This document shows, in pieces, positions 58,466-64,000 of a DNA stretch of 64,000 nt. The stretch covers positions 29,988 through 93,987 of the forward strand of contig JNSE01000031.1 in NCBI GenBank assembly GCA_000754455.1, in the 5' to 3' direction. The position numbers and the translations under genes were made by a program. This DNA comes from an actinobacterium acAMD-2. Its GTDB lineage: Bacteria > Actinomycetota > Actinomycetes > UBA12327. Within the stretch, counting starts at the first letter, position 1. Each line of letters begins with the position of its first letter. Under the pieces are notes generated by a model. It had not been told where the DNA came from, searched no databases, and worked only from the letters and a program-made list of their open reading frames with translations.

Positions 58466-60568
58466 TTATTCGCCCCGAGCCTTAGCGATGATTTCCAGCG
58501 AGACGTTCTTAGGAACTTCTGCGTAGGAATCAAATTGCATGGAGTAACTTGCGCGGCCTTGGGTCTTGCTTCGTAGATCTCCCACATAGCCGAACATCTC
58601 TGACAGCGGGACAACAGCGGTGACCACGCGTACGCCGGCCCGCTCATCCATCGCCTGAATTTGTCCACGACGTGAGTTGAGGTCACCAATGACTTCACCC
58701 ATGAAGTCCTCTGGGGTGGTCACCTCAACAGCCATGACTGGTTCCATGATCACTGGGTCTGCGCGACGAGCTGCATCCTTGAACGCCATGGATCCGGCGA
58801 TCTTGAAGGCAAGTTCTGAAGAGTCAACATCGTGGTAAGCGCCATCTTGCAAAGTGACCTTGACATCGACCAATGGGTAACCGGCGAGCACACCGAACTC
58901 CATGGCCTCTTGGCAACCCTGGTCAACGGAAGGGATGTATTCACGGGGAACACGACCACCGGTAACAGCGTTGACGAATTCGTAACCGCCCTCTTCGCCC
59001 GCAGGCTCGATGTCGATGATCACGCGCGCGTACTGACCTGAACCACCGGTCTGCTTCTTGTGCGTGTACTCGACCTTGGCCACGGCCTTACGGATCGTCT
59101 CGCGGTAAGCAACCTGTGGCTTACCAACGTTGGCTTCAACCTTGAACTCGCGACGCATGCGGTCAACGAGGACGTCGAGGTGAAGCTCGCCCATTCCGGC
59201 GATGATGGTCTGACCGGTTTCTTCATCGGTGCGGACCTGGAAGGTGGGGTCTTCTTCAGCAAGACGCTGAATAGCCGTACCCAACTTCTCCTGGTCACCC
59301 TTGGTCTTGGGCTCGATCGCCACGTGGATAACCGGGGCTGGGAAGGTCATGGATTCGAGAACGACAGGGTTGCTCGGGTCACACAAGGTTTCGCCTGTGG
59401 TGGTGTCCTTGAGTCCCATAACAGCCACGATGTGACCGGCACCCATGCTTGGGATTTCCTCGCGCTTGTTGGCGTGCATCTGGTAAATCTTGCCGATGCG
59501 CTCCTTGCGGCCCTTCACACTGTTGAGCACCTGTGTTCCGGATTCAAGAACGCCGGAGTAGATGCGCAGGTAGGTGAGCTTGCCCAAGTGCGGGTCGGTC
59601 ATGATCTTGAACGCAAGCGCGGCGAAGGGCTCAGACTCTTCTGGCTTGCGCTCGATGATGACTTCCTCGTCGTTGACCTTGTGGCCTTCAACGGCACCAA
59701 TGTCGAGAGGGGAAGGAAGGTAGCGAACCACGGCATCGAGCATGGGCTGAACACCCTTGTTCTTAAACGCGGTGCCACACAGAACGGGGTTGAGCTTGTT
59801 GCCCAGAGTTGCGCGACGAATCGCAGCAATTAGATCGGCTTCTGCCGGCTCGGCACCATCAAGCTCAAGGAACAATTCAGCAAACTCGTCATCAGCGTCA
59901 GCCAACGTCTCGATGAGCAATTCGCGACCTTGAGCAGCTTCATCAGCCAGGTCAGCGGGGATCTCTTCGACTGCATAGTCTTCACCGAGCTTGGTCTCAC
60001 CGCGCCAGGTCAACGCCTTCATGCCGACGAGGTCAACCACGCCGACGAAGTCGCCTTCAGCGCCAATGGGGACCTGCAGGACCAATGGGGTGGCGTTCAG
60101 TCGCGAAACAATCATGTCCACGCAGCGCTGGAATTCAGCACCCGTGCGGTCCAGCTTGTTCACGAAGCAAATGCGGGGGACGTCGTACTTGTCGGCCTGG
60201 CGCCACACGGTCTCTGACTGCGGCTCCACACCGGCTACACCATCAAAAACGGCCACGGCTCCGTCGAGGACGCGAAGCGAGCGCTCCACTTCCACCGTGA
60301 AGTCCACGTGGCCGGGGGTATCAATGATGTTAATGACGTGGTCATCCCACTGACAGGTTGTGGCAGCGGAGGTAATGGTGATTCCGCGCTCTTGTTCCTG
60401 CTCCATCCAGTCCATGGTGGCTGCGCCATCGTGAACTTCACCGATCTTGTAGTTGATACCGGTGTAAAAAAGAATGCGCTCAGTCGTGGTGGTTTTGCCC
60501 GCGTCGATATGCGCCATGATCCCGATGTTGCGAACCATGGAGAGGTCGATAGCGGTTGACGTAGTCAC
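58466..60568 (-). CDS. fusA: elongation factor G
   Basis: 700 aa: ...[26 protein letters not shown]... Confidence 0.97.
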   Translation of the reverse strand: MTTSTAIDLSMVRNIGIMAHIDAGKTTTTERILFYTGINYKIGEVHDGAATMDWMEQEQERGITITSAATTCQWDDHVINIIDTPGHVDFTVEVERSLRVLDGAVAVFDGVAGVEPQSETVWRQADKYDVPRICFVNKLDRTGAEFQRCVDMIVSRLNATPLVLQVPIGAEGDFVGVVDLVGMKALTWRGETKLGEDYAVEEIPADLADEAAQGRELLIETLADADDEFAELFLELDGAEPAEADLIAAIRRATLGNKLNPVLCGTAFKNKGVQPMLDAVVRYLPSPLDIGAVEGHKVNDEEVIIERKPEESEPFAALAFKIMTDPHLGKLTYLRIYSGVLESGTQVLNSVKGRKERIGKIYQMHANKREEIPSMGAGHIVAVMGLKDTTTGETLCDPSNPVVLESMTFPAPVIHVAIEPKTKGDQEKLGTAIQRLAEEDPTFQVRTDEETGQTIIAGMGELHLDVLVDRMRREFKVEANVGKPQVAYRETIRKAVAKVEYTHKKQTGGSGQYARVIIDIEPAGEEGGYEFVNAVTGGRVPREYIPSVDQGCQEAMEFGVLAGYPLVDVKVTLQDGAYHDVDSSELAFKIAGSMAFKDAARRADPVIMEPVMAVEVTTPEDFMGEVIGDLNSRRGQIQAMDERAGVRVVTAVVPLSEMFGYVGDLRSKTQGRASYSMQFDSYAEVPKNVSLEIIAKARGE

Positions 60569-60620
60569 GCGTTCGTCTCCTTGACTGAGTACTTAACTAG
60601 CTAATGGATAGGGGAAGGAA

Positions 60621-61091
60621 TTACCAGCGGTAGTGAGCAAAGGCCTTGTTGGACTCAGCCATCTTGTGCGTGTCTTCACGCTTCTTGACACTGGCGCCGA
60701 GTCCATTGCTGGCGTCAAGAATTTCGTTCATCAAACGTTCGGTCATCGTCTTTTCACGACGTGCGCGTGAATAGTTGATCAACCAACGAAGAGCAAGGGT
60801 GGTGCTGCGGCCGGCCTTGACTTCAACCGGAACCTGGTAGGTGGCGCCACCAACACGACGGCTACGCACTTCCAAGGTGGGCTTGACGTTGTCAAGAGCA
60901 CGCTTCAGCGTCACAACCGGGTCAGTACCGGTCTTTTCGCGGCAGCCTTCAAGGGCGCCGTACACAATGGCTTCAGCCGTTGACTTCTTGCCATCGAGCA
61001 AAATCTTGTTGACCAACTGCGTAACCAGCGTTGACTGGAATACGGGGTCGATGATGATGGGGCGCTTGGGAGCTGGACCCTTACGTGGCAT
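60621..61091 (-). CDS. rpsG: 30S ribosomal protein S7
   Basis: 156 aa: [29 protein letters not shown]... Confidence 0.95.
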   Translation of the reverse strand: MPRKGPAPKRPIIIDPVFQSTLVTQLVNKILLDGKKSTAEAIVYGALEGCREKTGTDPVVTLKRALDNVKPTLEVRSRRVGGATYQVPVEVKAGRSTTLALRWLINYSRARREKTMTERLMNEILDASNGLGASVKKREDTHKMAESNKAFAHYRW

Positions 61092-61465
61092 TAGCCCTTC
61101 TCCTTCTTCGCGCCGTAGCGACTACGCGCTTGCTTACGGTTCTTCACACCTTGGGTGTCGAGTGATCCACGCACAACCTTGTAGCGGACACCGGGAAGGT
61201 CCTTCACACGACCACCGCGAACCAACACGATGGAGTGTTCTTGCAAGTTGTGACCAACACCAGGGATGTAAGCAGTGACTTCAACTCCACTGGACAAACG
61301 CACACGTGCAACCTTGCGCAACGCGGAGTTCGGCTTCTTAGGAGTGGTCGTGTAGACACGAGTGCACACACCACGACGCTGAGGGCTGCCCTTAAGCGCG
61401 GGTGTTTTGGTCTTTGAGACCTTGTCCTGCCGGCCCTTGCGGACTAGCTGTTGGATCGTTGGCAC
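61091..61465 (-). CDS. rpsL: 30S ribosomal protein S12
   Basis: The GTG at 61465 gives (M)[50 protein letters not shown] (124 aa). TAATG overlap with rpsG. Confidence 0.95.
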   Translation of the reverse strand: MPTIQQLVRKGRQDKVSKTKTPALKGSPQRRGVCTRVYTTTPKKPNSALRKVARVRLSSGVEVTAYIPGVGHNLQEHSIVLVRGGRVKDLPGVRYKVVRGSLDTQGVKNRKQARSRYGAKKEKG

Positions 61466-61911
61466 CGATGTTGTCCTTTTCGTGAAGTGCTGCACTTGGT
61501 GTTCGGTGTGCTTGCTTTGCCTCGTTCACTCCGGCCCACGCGGTCGGGTGTGTCGGAATGCGCGAACGCACAACAACTCATCCAAAACACAGGAGAGGTA
61601 TTGCGAATCAGAGGCGGGTTGCGGGGAAGCCCACGTCGCTGCTGACTTGCAATTCTGATGCGACCAAACCCTCAAAAGGGCACTTTCACATCAGCGGTCC
61701 CGAGGCATCTCAGGCACGGCGGTGAACTGTACCGGAGTGCACTTGGCGGGGTCCGAGGCGGGGGTCAATTAAGGGGATTTGGTCCCCTTTGACCTTCCGC
61801 CATCCCGTCTGGTTAATCCCGAGGGTCAACCGTCGAGCCCGCTGGTTATGGCTCGGTCGAAAAATAGGGCATATCAGGACAAAAGGTCCATTAATCCGGC
61901 CTAGCGAACCA

Positions 61912-62967
61912 TCACGAGCGGGCCAGCACCTGCATCAGGTCCTGCCAAGCCGTAACGAAGGCCTGGGCCCCTTGCTCCTGCAGCTCCACACCCAGCGCCG
62001 GGACGTCAATCCCCTGCTTAGCAAAGGCCGCCAAGACCGCCTGGCTAGTACCGCCTGATCCATCAAGGATGCGGCCCACTCGACCATGATCGGCAAAGGC
62101 CTGGAGCGTGGCATCGGGCATGGTGTTGATGGTGTTGGGCGCAATCAGCCCTTCGACGTACACGGTGTCAGATGCCGAGGGGTCCTTGGTGGATGTGCTG
62201 GCAAAGAGCAGACGTTGCGGCCGACCTCCAGAGGTAGCGATGGTCTGTTGCGTCGTGTCGTTGAGCATCTGGACGTACGCGTGGTGAACGCTCTCCCCCA
62301 CAGCCAAAGCCAACTTTCCAGTGAGCTCGGCTGGCACTCGACCAACCACTGCTGCGTCCCACCGCGAGATGAACACCGAAGCAACCGATGCGACATCAGC
62401 ATCTAAACCCTCACCGATTCGGCGCGTAATACCGCGTTGATAAGCAGCCACGCAATCGAGGTACTGCTGTAACGAAAACAACAAAGTGACGTTGACTGGA
62501 ATACCTCGGTAAATGGCTTCCTCTACGGCCGGAAGCCCTTGTGGCGTACCAGGAATCTTGATGAAGACATTGGGACGAGCCAACCGCTGGTGCACCTCAA
62601 CTGCTGCCTCAATCGTGCTCTGCGCGTCATAGGCCAACAACGGTGATACTTCAAGCGAGACCCATCCGTCGACTCCGTCGGTGCGTGCATGCACATCGGC
62701 GAACACATCCGCGGCCGCTTGCAAATCTTCGATAGCTAGCTGTATGAACAACTCTTCTGGCGACGAAGTTTTGGCAGCAGCAATGGCTGTCTGGTAATCA
62801 GAAGTTTCGGTAAAGGCTTTTTGGAAAATTGAAGGATTGGACGTCAACCCGGTCACTGACAACTCATCCACGTAGCGCTGTAGCTCGCCCGAGCCCAGCA
62901 TTCCTCGCGTGATGTTGTCGAGCCAAATACTTTGACCGGCGTTCTGCAGGGATTGAGTGGGGCGCAT
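61912..62967 (-). CDS. tal: transaldolase (long actinobacterial type)
   Basis: 351 aa: ...LQNAGQSIWLDNITRGML...GLTSNPSIFQKA... and the active-site region FIKIPGT. Confidence 0.9.
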   Translation of the reverse strand: MRPTQSLQNAGQSIWLDNITRGMLGSGELQRYVDELSVTGLTSNPSIFQKAFTETSDYQTAIAAAKTSSPEELFIQLAIEDLQAAADVFADVHARTDGVDGWVSLEVSPLLAYDAQSTIEAAVEVHQRLARPNVFIKIPGTPQGLPAVEEAIYRGIPVNVTLLFSLQQYLDCVAAYQRGITRRIGEGLDADVASVASVFISRWDAAVVGRVPAELTGKLALAVGESVHHAYVQMLNDTTQQTIATSGGRPQRLLFASTSTKDPSASDTVYVEGLIAPNTINTMPDATLQAFADHGRVGRILDGSGGTSQAVLAAFAKQGIDVPALGVELQEQGAQAFVTAWQDLMQVLARS

Positions 62968-63052
62968 GTCCGACAGGCTACCGATGAGTCGGGGATCTTG
63001 GTGCAGGCCTCAGTACGATCAACTCACCTGCCCACTCGCGCCAAGGACACCG

Positions 63053-63709
63053 ATGAACCCATCCGACATTGAAAAGCAGGCTGCTGCCGTAGCCGCTGCC
63101 GAGCTCGTCGAAAGCGGCATGCAGCTGGGATTAGGCACCGGATCTACGGTCGCGTTCTTGCTTCAAGCCTTGGCAGATCGCGCCATTGATGTCGAGTGCG
63201 TCTCCACATCGCCCCAAACCGAAAAGATCGCTCGAGAGCTGGGGCTGAACGTTTCTTCTTTCGCCGGCCTCGAGGGGGTGGCTCATCTGGACATGGCCAT
63301 CGATGGTGCTGACCAAGTTGATCCGGCTGGCTGGATCATCAAAGGTGGCGGCGCTGCTCATACGCGGGAAAAGTGTGTGGCGGCAGCGGCCGACCGATTC
63401 ATCGTCATCGTGTCCAGCGACAAACTCGTTCCTGCACTCACCGCTCCCTTGCCGTTGGAACTCTTGGACTACGGCTTGGCGGCGACCTTGCGGGCCTTAG
63501 GAACGGTGTCCTTACGCGATGTACCCCGCAGTCCTGATGGCGGAGTCATCGCCGATTGGCTGGGATCGCTCAATGACCCGGCTTCTTTGGCCGCTCGGCT
63601 ATCGGCCACTCCTGGCGTGATTGATCACGGACTGTTTAGCCCAGACATGACGGAGCGCGTGGTAGTTGCCGAAGGCACCACCACGCGCCACATCATGATT
63701 AACGCTTAA
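63053..63709 (+). CDS. rpiA: ribose-5-phosphate isomerase A
   Basis: ORF 62957-63709. The ATG at 63053 (AAGGA upstream) gives MNPSDIEKQAAAVAAAELVESGMQLGLGTGSTVAF... and DGADQVD...IKGGGAAHTREK motifs. Confidence 0.9.
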   Translation: MNPSDIEKQAAAVAAAELVESGMQLGLGTGSTVAFLLQALADRAIDVECVSTSPQTEKIARELGLNVSSFAGLEGVAHLDMAIDGADQVDPAGWIIKGGGAAHTREKCVAAAADRFIVIVSSDKLVPALTAPLPLELLDYGLAATLRALGTVSLRDVPRSPDGGVIADWLGSLNDPASLAARLSATPGVIDHGLFSPDMTERVVVAEGTTTRHIMINA

Positions 63710-63712
63710 TTA

Positions 63713-64000
<288 letters not shown>

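Noticed and set aside
61912-63709. tal + rpiA pair wedged between rpoC and rpsL, considered as an inserted island
   Set aside because: There are no flanking direct repeats, tRNA, integrase or composition break that I can see. In Actinobacteria rpoC and rpsL are commonly separated by unrelated genes (e.g. about a dozen in M. tuberculosis), so this is ordinary lineage-specific synteny.

Overview
This is a core housekeeping segment of a high-GC Gram-positive (Actinomycetota) chromosome. The assignment rests on a WhiB3/WhiD-type gene, a PerM-like membrane protein, a BldM-like orphan response regulator, and gene order matching the mycobacterial Rv0949-Rv0957 and Rv3410c-Rv3423c neighbourhoods plus the str-S10-spc-alpha ribosomal super-operon. 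I call about 80 protein genes. All but five (M23 peptidase, PIG-L deacetylase, whiB, a methyltransferase, rpiA) are on the minus strand, and packing is very tight, with many 1-8 nt start/stop overlaps. Reading the minus strand from right to left: rpoC 3' end; rpiA(+)/tal; rpsL-rpsG-fusA-tuf; rpsJ-rplC-rplD-rplW-rplB-rpsS-rplV-rpsC-rplP-rpmC-rpsQ; rplN-rplX-rplE-rpsN-rpsH-rplF-rplR-rpsE-rpmD-rplO-secY-adk-map; infA-rpmJ-rpsM-rpsK-rpsD-rpoA-rplQ-truA; rplM-rpsI-glmM; glmS-acpS-nnr-alr-hydrolase-udg-tsaE-tsaB-rimI-tsaD-small ORF-polysaccharide deacetylase; methyltransferase(+); groES-groEL with an upstream CIRCE operator; whiB(+); MerR-like regulator; bldM-like regulator; guaB-guaA; SDR; AKR; small membrane protein; PIG-L deacetylase(+); an 801-aa secreted LAS-peptidase repeat protein; pcrA; M23 peptidase(+); sucC-sucD; perM-like; purN-purH; DUF606 transporter; folD; mdh-icd. 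I saw no rRNA, tRNA, CRISPR array, transposase/integrase, phage gene or recognisable defence gene. I did not find a convincing novel multi-gene system, and the window looks ordinary. The best leads are the 801-aa secreted multi-repeat LAS-type peptidase, the MerR/B12-binding-like regulator sitting between a BldM-like regulator and whiB, a long unexplained leader upstream of the M23 peptidase, and a few unusually long or palindrome-bearing spacers inside the ribosomal operons. All calls rest on reading the supplied translations and the DNA by eye. No database or HMM search was possible.
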